A DNA stretch of 12,549 nucleotides from Promethearchaeota archaeon (GCA_029838195.1 JALGVJ010000066.1:1-12549), one strand, 5' to 3'. Positions 1 to 8,413 are shown, numbered from the stretch's first letter. Notes: a model not told the origin generated them from the sequence alone. Made by a program: numbers and translations.

Positions 1-2
1 CC

Positions 3-92
3 TTGGAAATAGACGAGTTTCTCGGAAAGATCTCTAAGCGTCGTTACTGTGCTTATATTCCCATGAGTGAGATGAAATCGCCATGTACATGA
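3..92 (+). CDS. Possible C-terminal end of an ORF entering from upstream (perhaps a transposase)
   Basis: Frame 3 reads LEIDEFLGKISKRRYCAYIPMSEMKSPCT* to TGA at 90-92. It is GC-richer than the adjacent flippase, like the IS segments here. No diagnostic motif. Confidence 0.3.
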   Translation: MEIDEFLGKISKRRYCAYIPMSEMKSPCT

Positions 93-227
93 TACGAAAA
101 AAAAAATTTAAGGGTGGGGAAAAAATATAATGAATTACATATTAAATGATAATAAAAAGATCTATTTTTTCCGCCTAAAATAAATTTAAGACGAATCAAG
201 TAATTTGGTAAAAATTTAAAAGAAACA

Positions 228-1754
228 ATGAAAGAAAAGTTAATTATTTCCATCTTTTCCAATACGTGTTCCCATTTAATCTATATCTTTTCGTTATATT
301 TGCTGTTTTATAATTTAGAGGAAAGTCTGATAGGAATATGGATGTTACTTAATGGTGTGATTAATCTCGGGTTCCTATTCATCAACATTGGCTTAGATGT
401 TATTCATTACCAATATTCAGGTAAAAGTAATTTTGAAGATTATTTCGGGACCTTTTTTTATATTAAAATTGTTAACCTATTAATAAATATATTTATTACT
501 ATTGTAATCACTTTTTTTATTTCAAACTTATTTCTATGGAATATCCAATACCTGATTTACATTACTTTTATATTACTCTCCAACATCTTAAATAATATCT
601 CCAGAATCTTCCTCGTAAACCTAATTGCTAAAATTAAAGTATTCAAGGCAGAAATTCCAAAATTTTTGTTTACCATCGGACAATGCATCTCCATTCTAAT
701 TTTATCTTTTAATCTTGACTTATTTCCCGATCCCTTGTTATATCTGAGTATTACTTTTTTAATCCTTGAAATAATCAAAATGATTATTATATTAATACTT
801 TCAGAAAATGAATTTACTTTTTCAAAATTCAAACGGGCAATCATTCTCGAATACTTATATTCTATTAGACCTCTATTTTTGCAATCAATCATCATTATTA
901 TCTCAAATAATCTCGGCGATTTAATCCTTGCTTATTTCTTTAGCTATGAAATCTTAGCATATTTTAGCTTAATCAAAAATTTTATCATCCCTGGTTTAAT
1001 GACCGTTTCAGGGAGTATTTTTACAATTTATTTAAGCTTACTTGCTAAATACTTTGAGAAAAATAAGATTTCAGAAATTAAAAAGATAACTTATATCATC
1101 GAAAAATATAGCTCTATCTTATATCTCAGTATTCTCATCATCGTGCTTTTAAACGGAGAATTAATAATCTCCTTATTTCTTCCCCATTATATTGAATCCC
1201 TTCCGATTCTCCATATCATGATATTTATCCCCTATCTAATTAGCATTACCCAACCATATTTTTATCAATTCATTGCTGGAAAAAAACAACACGTTCCCGT
1301 AGGTATAAATATCCTCACTCATAGTTTGATAATCTTTCTAATGATCTTCTTAATTCCTAAAAACTTCTTTTTTCAAAATTTCGGTTATGGCGCAATCGGA
1401 TATGCACTTGCTCAAACATTACCACTGATTTTATGGGTTTTTTTAAATAGATATTATTCCTCTAAAATTTTTAATATTAAAGCTAATAAGAAAATTTTAT
1501 TACATTTTCCCTTAGGCATGATATCGTTTTTTATAAGTCTTTATTTTAAAGATTTTTTGACACATCTTTTTTTCATTAATCCTTTTGCAGTTTTGGTTAT
1601 CTCTTCTTTATTCTCCTTTTTTGTTTTTCTTACTGGCCTATGCCTGTTTAAAGAAATAAAGAAAGAAGACCTAAAATTCCTTAAACAATTGATTCAATTT
1701 AAAGATTACAAAGAATCTTTTAAGAATGAATTTAAACAGTTGCCCATATTTTAG
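228..1754 (+). CDS. Oligosaccharide flippase / polysaccharide biosynthesis export protein (Wzx/RfbX-like, MOP superfamily)
   Basis: 508 aa, hydrophobic throughout with many TM-like segments. Flippase-like features include N-terminal IGIW...NIGLD, central D-L-I-L-A-Y-F...LAYFS and C-terminal LIP...GYGAIGYALA. Lies in a glycan gene context. Confidence 0.88.
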   Translation: MKEKLIISIFSNTCSHLIYIFSLYLLFYNLEESLIGIWMLLNGVINLGFLFINIGLDVIHYQYSGKSNFEDYFGTFFYIKIVNLLINIFITIVITFFISNLFLWNIQYLIYITFILLSNILNNISRIFLVNLIAKIKVFKAEIPKFLFTIGQCISILILSFNLDLFPDPLLYLSITFLILEIIKMIIILILSENEFTFSKFKRAIILEYLYSIRPLFLQSIIIIISNNLGDLILAYFFSYEILAYFSLIKNFIIPGLMTVSGSIFTIYLSLLAKYFEKNKISEIKKITYIIEKYSSILYLSILIIVLLNGELIISLFLPHYIESLPILHIMIFIPYLISITQPYFYQFIAGKKQHVPVGINILTHSLIIFLMIFLIPKNFFFQNFGYGAIGYALAQTLPLILWVFLNRYYSSKIFNIKANKKILLHFPLGMISFFISLYFKDFLTHLFFINPFAVLVISSLFSFFVFLTGLCLFKEIKKEDLKFLKQLIQFKDYKESFKNEFKQLPIF

Positions 1755-1815
1755 TATCAGTAATCCCTTTTCTTACCCAATTATAATATGAATCTATTAA
1801 CTTTATATTACTAGT

Positions 1816-1830
1816 ACTAAAGTTCGACAA
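1816..1830 (+). repeat. Left TIR of IS701-family element
   Basis: ACTAAAGTTCGACAA, exact reverse complement of 2996-3010. Confidence 0.9.
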
Positions 1831-1873
1831 CTTAAGGTATCTTGGAAACTTTATAAATCCTTGTACCTCTCTA

Positions 1874-2932
1874 ATGACAGGAGAGAGTGTAAGAGCGAGA
1901 GATATACTTCCTTACAATCTCCGTTCGCTCCAGACCATTCCTTCTCTTGCCATTCGCCCGAAAGGCATGATTGCACTTGACGAGCATATCATTTCCAAGA
2001 CGGGGAAGGAAATCGAAGGCGTGGATTATTTTTACTCCACGACCCACAATAAAGAGATACTTGGGCTTTCAATGATCACCACGCATTACTACGGCGGTCC
2101 TTTCGAATATCCTCTCGATTGCTTGCTCTATCGACGTCCGCAGGAATTAGAAAAACGGCACCACTCCGAGCGGTACGTGCCGAAAAATGATCTTGCCCGC
2201 CAACTCATCCAAGAGTATCATGCTATAGGATTTCCCTGCAAGACTTGGGTCATGGACTCCTATTTTATGACGAAAGAAAATGTGAAGCTCTTGAGTTCAC
2301 TGGGTTATTTCTACGTGTCCAAAATAAAACGCAATTGGGTAGTCACGTATCAGCGGAAGCGCTGGAAGGTGGAAGAGTTGTACGGGGATATTGCTGAATC
2401 AGAATTTGAGCACGTGGAAGTCACGAATCCCAAGACCAAGGAAAAGCGCCATTATTTGATGGCACATTGGGATGTATTCGTCCCTAAAATTGGCGTGCAA
2501 CGAGTACTCTTCCTGCGAGAGGTGATGAGAGACTCTTCGGGGAAATCTGCCCCGAAATATAAGAAAGAATGGACTGGTTTAGTTTCCAACATGCTCAATG
2601 AACATCCCAAGGGCATCATCCAAGCCTATTTGAAGCGCTGGACCATCGAAACGAGGTATCGGGACGAGTCCCAAGAGTTGCACTTGAAGGGGTGCATATT
2701 TAGAAATATCGAAGGGCAGTATTGCTTTATTACCCTGCTGTTTTTAGCGTACCGTCTCCTCACGTGGGCAGCTCACTTGGGATTGTTATCCTCATATCAC
2801 CCGGATGCGGACACGTTGGGCAAGAACCGGGCGGCTTTTCGCCTATTTCATGAGGAGATCTTTGGCGCTTGGATTACCTCCTTAAAAGAAGAATGTAAGG
2901 CGTGCAAGATCGGTCGAGTTATATCACGTTAA
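1874..2932 (+). CDS. IS701-family DDE transposase, probably lacking its N-terminal DNA-binding region
   Basis: GMIALDEHIISKTGKEIEGV (first D plus K-G...GV signature), WVMDSYF (second D), YVSKIKRN, YLKRWTIETRYRDESQELHL (Y-R-E motif). The first D is only about 36 aa from the start. Confidence 0.85.
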   Translation: MTGESVRARDILPYNLRSLQTIPSLAIRPKGMIALDEHIISKTGKEIEGVDYFYSTTHNKEILGLSMITTHYYGGPFEYPLDCLLYRRPQELEKRHHSERYVPKNDLARQLIQEYHAIGFPCKTWVMDSYFMTKENVKLLSSLGYFYVSKIKRNWVVTYQRKRWKVEELYGDIAESEFEHVEVTNPKTKEKRHYLMAHWDVFVPKIGVQRVLFLREVMRDSSGKSAPKYKKEWTGLVSNMLNEHPKGIIQAYLKRWTIETRYRDESQELHLKGCIFRNIEGQYCFITLLFLAYRLLTWAAHLGLLSSYHPDADTLGKNRAAFRLFHEEIFGAWITSLKEECKACKIGRVISR

Positions 2933-2995
2933 TCCTTGGAGGGAGTCCGCATACTATAGACTCCTTTTAGGCGAGAAAGCAAAAATTAATAGGAC

Positions 2996-3010
2996 TTGTC
3001 GAACTTTAGT
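2996..3010 (-). repeat. Right TIR of IS701-family element
   Basis: TTGTCGAACTTTAGT, exact reverse complement of 1816-1830. Confidence 0.9.
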
Positions 3011-3516
3011 TGTTAAATGAAATTTATACCAACAGATTATATAATAAAATTGTTATTATTTTCATCATCATATTAATAATTATTGTATTTTTCCTTACGA
3101 TCAATAGAAAATTAACCATTGAATCAAAATTCAGTTATTTTTCCTTATCATTTATCATTTTTGGATTATTTAGTTGTATCAATTTATTATTAATGCTTCT
3201 AATGTACGTTATTCTTTTATTTGTACTTTATATAAAAGAAAGTAATTCATTCATTAATTTTATAAGAGAAAAAAAAGGAGCATTTATTGGAATTTTATTT
3301 GTCTTATTAATGTGTTATACTCCTCAATATTATTATCCATCTTTCTATGTTTTTTATATAATATTAGAGTTAATTTTTCCTTTTTTAACCAATCGGTTTT
3401 TTTCTTCTCTACTGCGGCTAAAATGGATAATTTATATAACATCTTTAAGTATTTGCATCAATTATTTAAAATTTTCTAATCAGAACTCTGAGTTATCAAA
3501 AAGAAATCTGAAATAA
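3010..3516 (+). CDS. Hypothetical multi-pass membrane protein, probably a fragment truncated by the IS
   Basis: 168-codon open frame with about five hydrophobic stretches. The TTG start overlaps the last base of the IS TIR, so the true start is doubtful. Confidence 0.45.
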   Translation: MLNEIYTNRLYNKIVIIFIIILIIIVFFLTINRKLTIESKFSYFSLSFIIFGLFSCINLLLMLLMYVILLFVLYIKESNSFINFIREKKGAFIGILFVLLMCYTPQYYYPSFYVFYIILELIFPFLTNRFFSSLLRLKWIIYITSLSICINYLKFSNQNSELSKRNLK

Positions 3517-3724
3517 TATGAATAAATATTATTTTGTGATTTTTTCAGGGTAATGGTTATATTTCTTATAGAAAGCTTTGATTTTTATCATACTCCATTG
3601 CAAAAGGGAGAAAAGGACTCTCTCATTCCATAGGAAGCAGGAGCTTCATCCATCATTTCTTCTGACACTTGTTTTTCTCCTTTCTTTTCTTGGTATTATT
3701 AGGATATGATACGCTTTTTTTCTT

Positions 3725-4336
3725 TTATAATTCTTTTGGATCAATTCCCCACATACCATGCCGAATTGTTCTTTCCGGATAATTTAATCCGCTAGGAAGA
3801 TTTTCTAAATTAACAAAATTCTGGTTGATTGATATCATCATGGAGGTCTCCCAAAATGCCACATAATCTCCAAAATAGTCCCAATCGGGAATTAGTTCTT
3901 GTTCCGGTATTCTTAAAGCAAAACAATCTTCATGTTTCTTAGAAATCCATCAAGCAGCTTTCATATCTTGTTTTATTTGACTTTCGGGATAATGGCCCGT
4001 TAATAATATGATAATTTTAAACCCCCACTGATATAATTGTTTTACCAGACTTCTCGTAATTTTTTTTAAACACCGCTTGGAAAAATGAAACGTAAAAGGA
4101 AACATCATGGTGTTAAACGCTCCATAATTCACGCATGGAAAAATTACACCTCCACTTATTTCTGCTAAGCGAGAGCATATTTCCTCTGCTTTAATGCTAT
4201 CCACGCCTAAAACCATATGCGGTCCATACCATTCTAAAGCACCAAAAGGCACGTAGGCAATGGGATGCTCTTTAAGCAAGTCCTCAATATCACTTGGAAA
4301 TGATTCTATGTAAAAAATATATTTTTTTACACCCAT
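3725..4336 (-). pseudogene. Creatininase / creatinine amidohydrolase family pseudogene
   Basis: IAYVPFGALEWYGPHMVLGVD matches family motif PxGxxExHGxHxxxGxD, and GFKIIILLTGH matches the second motif. After in-frame TGA at 3952-3950 the frame continues WISKKHEDCFALRIPEQ...GDYVAFWETSMM (family HA-x-x-ETS motif)...GMWGIDPKEL* to 3725. Confidence 0.85.
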
Positions 4337-4362
4337 GATTTCATGTTTGCTTGTTCTTTACC

Positions 4363-4370
4363 TTTTATAA
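4363..4370 (-). promoter_or_regulatory. Putative archaeal TATA box for the creatininase-family gene
   Basis: TTATAAAA on the minus strand, 34-27 nt upstream of ATG 4336. The AT-rich background weakens this call. Confidence 0.35.
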
Positions 4371-4390
4371 TATTTAGACTAAATTTTTTT

Positions 4391-5458
4391 CTATGCTTCG
4401 CTTAAGATTTCTTCCCCCAAATATTTTTTTTCATCAAACAAAGAACGAATATAGCTGGAGCCATTCTTACGCCTAAAAGCGCGCTTGAGACCGTTCTCAA
4501 AATCGGCGTGCGAATCATGAACCCCATTATATAACACTTTGGATTTAATTTCTTGCCACAACTTTTCAATTTCACTCAAGTTGGGGCTGTAAGGGGGTAA
4601 AAACACCACTTCTAACTGGCGTTTCACGCTTTTTAAGAAGGGTTTCAAGAGCTTTGCATGTTGAGAACGGGCATTATCCAAGAACATACAGATTTTTTCC
4701 AGAATTTAATGTACCACAACTATTTTACGCTAGAAGTGTTGAAAATTTTGACCACTCAAGATCTTCATATAGGCGTACATTCCCTCATATTTAAAAGGAT
4801 GGATAGCTCCTATAACGTTTAGTTTTTCATGGGAATTAAAGGTAGGAAACAAGTCATCGTTCCTTTAAGAGCCCACATCTTTTATGGATCTCTCGAACTA
4901 TAGAAATTACTCTCGTCTTCGATTAAAACAACATCTTCTGAGCGAAGATTTTGGATTATTTGCTTCTTTTTCTTGAGAAATTCTTGTTTTTTTCAGGATC
5001 CGCTTTCATGGGAAAGGGTCTTGGCATAAGTCTTGTCATTTTGTGCTGTTTTAATATGCACCAAATACCGCATTAAATGATCTCAACTCCATATTTTCGC
5101 TTCACGTGCACCACTATGAGCTTAAGCACCCAGTTGCTATAGTCAAATCCCGATTACTTGGGAGATTTTAATAGGTCTTGGTTGACTTCTCCTTGCTCCT
5201 TAGTGGTTAAGAAAGGAAGGCGTCCCAATTGAGGACTGTCTACTAATCCTTTAGATCCTAGCTTATTCCATTTATGAATCCATTTTCGGACGATTTGGGG
5301 AGTGATAAACAGCTCACCTGCTATTTGCCGGGGGGATTTATCTTCATATAACTTTAAGATTGCCAGATATTTTCTGGCTATCTTAATCTTTTTTATTTTC
5401 TTGTACAACACTTTTAATTCCTCAATGGGGGGTGGTGACACACCTTTAAAGCTAGCAT
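4391..5458 (-). pseudogene. IS630-family transposase pseudogene
   Basis: HTH part (SPRQIAGELFITPQIVRKWIHKWNKLGSKGL...GR), then DYSNW, PRPFPMKADPEK, VLIEDES (D1), WALKG, NVIGAI, FLDNARSQH (D2) and FLPPYSPNLSEIEKLW (E). Broken by several stops and frameshifts. The likely original ATG at 5458 is now out of frame with 5441. Confidence 0.9.
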
Positions 5459-5478
5459 GAAATTAAAGGCGTAAAAGG

Positions 5479-5486
5479 TTTATAAG
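5479..5486 (-). promoter_or_regulatory. Putative TATA box of the IS630 transposase
   Basis: CTTATAAA on the minus strand begins 28 nt upstream of ATG 5458, inside the element end, with no SD sequence. This fits a leaderless archaeal transcript. Confidence 0.4.
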
Positions 5487-5551
5487 AAAGGGTGTGATAG
5501 GAAGATATATCTTCGAAAAAAACTTAGTCTAAATACTATAATATAATAATT

Positions 5552-6529
5552 TTAATAATCTAGCCATATTGAAGCTTCATTATTGATTAATTCATTTAAT
5601 TGTAGTATATCTTTCTTAAAAAATTCATTCATTAAAATAACTCTTTCATTTTTTGCTAAGGAAGGAATATTTTTACTTGTATAAAAAAATGTACTTATTT
5701 TTCTATAAAGGAATCTTAATCCAAATGGAAAATATAGATTCGTAGATGATTCAACAAAGAAATAAGATCTGTTTACAAGATTATTTATTATATTGACTGA
5801 TTTATTTTTAGGAATTTTTGCTACATTGTACTTCTTGAAAGAGCTAATTTTAAAGTTTGAATTCACTCCAAGAAAATTTAATACATCCCTATAGAATTTC
5901 GAATAGTTTTTTATTATTTTTTCGAAAATATAAACCTTAATTTGATCTAAAGGAAAAACATTTAAATATCTTTTGACTTGTTCATAATATTGTCCAAGTT
6001 CTATATAAAGATGAGAAATACCCCATCCTTTTTGTTTCTTATTATAATCTTCCTTAACAGAATCAATGAATTTGGTTTTTAAATCATTCCGGCCCTCTCT
6101 TACATCCATAAGCCAATGTGAAAAAGCTCTATCAACAGGGTTTCTTAGAATTATTATTATTTTTGCGTCAGGATTAAACTTATAAATTTCTTTGGCAGCA
6201 TATCTTGAATATAAATATGAAACGCTACACTCTCCTATTATTTTCTCTTCCTTAACTTCGCGGAATAATTGAATATAATTGTTCAAGCTTTTTATATACG
6301 CAACCTGTTTATTTTCTAATCTGTTTTTCCAAAAATATTTTTGAGGATTAAAATAAGCTTCTTTTATATATTTAGGTGTAAATGGATTTATTTTTACCTC
6401 TTTAAAAAAGTAATTTGGTTCTTTAATTGGACTCATATATATTTCAGGATGACTTTTTAAATAATAATATAGTGAACTTGTTCCCGTTTTTGCCGCACCC
6501 ACTATAAAAAGATTTGGTCTCTTAAACAT
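5552..6529 (-). CDS. PAPS-dependent sulfotransferase (Sulfotransfer_1/3 fold)
   Basis: 5'-PSB loop PNLFIVGAAKTGTSSLYYYLKSHPEI, KEPNYF, GECSVSYL, and 3'-PB motif KIIIILRNPVDRAFS, followed by GQYYEQVKRYL. 325 aa, uninterrupted. Confidence 0.93.
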   Translation of the reverse strand: MFKRPNLFIVGAAKTGTSSLYYYLKSHPEIYMSPIKEPNYFFKEVKINPFTPKYIKEAYFNPQKYFWKNRLENKQVAYIKSLNNYIQLFREVKEEKIIGECSVSYLYSRYAAKEIYKFNPDAKIIIILRNPVDRAFSHWLMDVREGRNDLKTKFIDSVKEDYNKKQKGWGISHLYIELGQYYEQVKRYLNVFPLDQIKVYIFEKIIKNYSKFYRDVLNFLGVNSNFKISSFKKYNVAKIPKNKSVNIINNLVNRSYFFVESSTNLYFPFGLRFLYRKISTFFYTSKNIPSLAKNERVILMNEFFKKDILQLNELINNEASIWLDY

Positions 6530-6599
6530 ATTTTTAATTCTTTATATTTTATGAGAGAGTATTTTAAGTTTATAATTTTGCTTAATTTTTAAATTTTTT

Positions 6600-6621
6600 G
6601 ACTTTGAGGGGACTTTGAGGG
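6600..6621. repeat. Perfect 11-bp tandem duplication
   Basis: GACTTTGAGGG at 6600-6610 and 6611-6621. Confidence 0.85.
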
Positions 6622-6868
6622 CGACAAGAATCGAGATCATAGCAATCGCAGATTTGTGGCAATTCCGTGAAAAGAATTCCCGAAATCATTAGATCATTCA
6701 ATTCACGTGTCAGAGCACGCAATTGTTGTTGATGTACGAATCCGCCTGATGTTCGAGTCCCTCTCTTTCATGAATTAGAAAAGTATTAAAAGGAGGAAAT
6801 AAAAGATCTAACTACCAAGCATTAAAAAAATACAAAACTTAAGTTCAATTAAAAAAATAGAGTGATAC

Positions 6869-8083
6869 ATCATTCATTTATGTATTATAGTTTTAAATAC
6901 CCATCAAAATAAAAAATTAAATATTAAAATAGGAGGCATTGAAAACCAAATATTACAACTTTTAAAATCTTATGAAAAAATTGAAAATTTACATGTATCC
7001 GTTATAACCCAATATTCTGAATATAAGCCAACCTCAAATAGAATTAAGGTCTATTCTATAAGTAAAATTAAAAATGATCTCATAAATGTTATTTTTTTCA
7101 TCATTAAAGCCTTTTTCCAAATCTATAAAATTAATAAAAGAAAGAAAATTGATTTTTTAAATATTCATGATTTCTCAATTTTATTAATATTACCAATTTT
7201 AATTCGGAAATTTTATAAAATACCTATAATATTAAAATTACCTTTAGATTTTAAAAGCGCTATTAGAGATAGCTCCTATAGATCAACTATAATAAAATTA
7301 TATAGGGTTAGTTGGTTGAAATTTTTTGAGAAATTCTTATTAAAGAAAATAGATCTCATAAGAGCAATAAATAATACGATGAAAGAGCAATTAATAGAAA
7401 GAAAATTTCCTATTGAAAGAATTATGAAAATTCCAAATGGAATAAATATTAACATATATAAAGAAATAGTAAAAATACCCCATAATAGGATTCATTATGG
7501 TTATGTTGGACGATTGACTAAATTCAAAAATATAACATTTTTAATTAATGGTTTTAAAGAATATTTTAAAAAATTTCCAGAAGATAGGTTATATATATAT
7601 GGTGAGGGATCTGAAGAAAAAGGGTTACAAAATTTAATCCAAAAATATAATCTTTCTGAAAATATCATATTAAAAGGTTATATGAAAAACAAGAAAAAAA
7701 TTTATTCTAATATTGATGTTTTAGTAGATCCAGCTTTAGCACAAGGAATATCAAATGCTCATCTTGAAGCAATGGTTACGGGAACATTTATTATTGTATC
7801 AAATGTACATGGAAGTAAGGAATTAGTAAGAAATTGGAAAACAGGGTTATTATTTGATGTTCACGATAAAAAAGATTTGATGGATAAACTTATTTTTTAT
7901 AAAACTAATGAAAAAATTGTAAATCAAATAATAATGGAAGCCAAAAAAGAGGTTTATAATTTTTATAATATTGATGCAATAACAAAAAAAATTTATGATC
8001 GCATAGTTAATTATTTAAATAAGACGCAAAAAAGCCAAAAAATATGTTCCTCCAATAAGCAATTAATTAAATATGGAAATTAA
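6869..8083 (+). CDS. Glycosyltransferase family 4 (GT-B fold), about 404 aa, with no canonical start codon
   Basis: The frame of the 7316 ORF is open back to TGA at 6863-6865 and adds IIHLCIIVL...IGGIENQ...VSVIT...IDFLNIH...KIPIILKL, a typical GT4 N-domain. C-domain: IPNGI, GYVGRLTKFKNI, YGEGSE, QGISNAHLEAM, NWKTGLLF. Start position uncertain (ATC 6869 or ATT 6872). Confidence 0.88.
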   Translation: MIHLCIIVLNTHQNKKLNIKIGGIENQILQLLKSYEKIENLHVSVITQYSEYKPTSNRIKVYSISKIKNDLINVIFFIIKAFFQIYKINKRKKIDFLNIHDFSILLILPILIRKFYKIPIILKLPLDFKSAIRDSSYRSTIIKLYRVSWLKFFEKFLLKKIDLIRAINNTMKEQLIERKFPIERIMKIPNGININIYKEIVKIPHNRIHYGYVGRLTKFKNITFLINGFKEYFKKFPEDRLYIYGEGSEEKGLQNLIQKYNLSENIILKGYMKNKKKIYSNIDVLVDPALAQGISNAHLEAMVTGTFIIVSNVHGSKELVRNWKTGLLFDVHDKKDLMDKLIFYKTNEKIVNQIIMEAKKEVYNFYNIDAITKKIYDRIVNYLNKTQKSQKICSSNKQLIKYGN

Positions 8084-8413
8084 CTATATTGTAAGCAGCA
8101 ATTATAACATTAAATATACAAAATTCATAAGTTCAAATTTCTAATTATGAGAAAATAATAACGTTGAAATTTCTTATTAAAGTTAATGAACTTAAAAAAT
8201 TTTGCTTTACTATTATAAATTATTATTGAAAGGAAGTAAAAGTCAATTTATGGCATTTTTTTGTTAAAAACATAATTTATGTGTAAGAAAAAGAAATTTT
8301 TTAAAATTAACGTCAGAAATTCAAAGTTTAAATTCAAGAGTAATTTTATTATAACATTAGATAATTTATTATTAAAAGACTTCAATTAAATAATATTTAA
8401 CGATTTTCTAAGT

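Larger units (their letters stand above)
1816..3010 (+). mobile_element. IS701-family insertion sequence, 1195 bp
   Basis: Perfect 15-bp terminal inverted repeats ACTAAAGTTCGACAA (1816-1830) and TTGTCGAACTTTAGT (2996-3010) enclose a DDE transposase, with a sharp GC rise. No target-site duplication is visible. Confidence 0.88.
4371..5535 (-). mobile_element. IS630-family insertion sequence, degenerate, including duplicated TA
   Basis: TATTTAGACTAAATTTTTTTC (4371-4391) matches the reverse complement of 5515-5535 (TATTTAGACTAAGTTTTTTTC) at 20/21. TA occurs at both ends as expected for IS630/Tc1, and transposase remnants lie inside. Confidence 0.92.

Noticed and set aside
53-895. Minus-strand ORFs 53-262 and 557-895
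   Set aside because: They lie antisense to the flippase or its AT-rich leader and have no motifs. Likely shadow ORFs.
2942-2968. GGAGTC-N11-GACTCC-TTTT hairpin as a terminator
   Set aside because: Short stem, long loop and only four T. It may be former coding sequence of the transposase tail.
3950-3952. TGA recoding (Sec/Trp) in the creatininase gene
   Set aside because: Other motif residues are also mutated, and TGA serves as a normal stop for asnB.
6745-6770. GTTCGAGTCC resembling a tRNA T-loop
   Set aside because: The upstream bases (CTGAT) cannot form the T-stem, and no acceptor stem or cloverleaf is evident.
8100-8400. Recurrent AAATTCAA-like words in the GT4-asnB spacer (and near 10627-10735) as operator or CRISPR repeats
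   Set aside because: Short, irregularly spaced and expected in very AT-rich DNA. No repeat-spacer periodicity.
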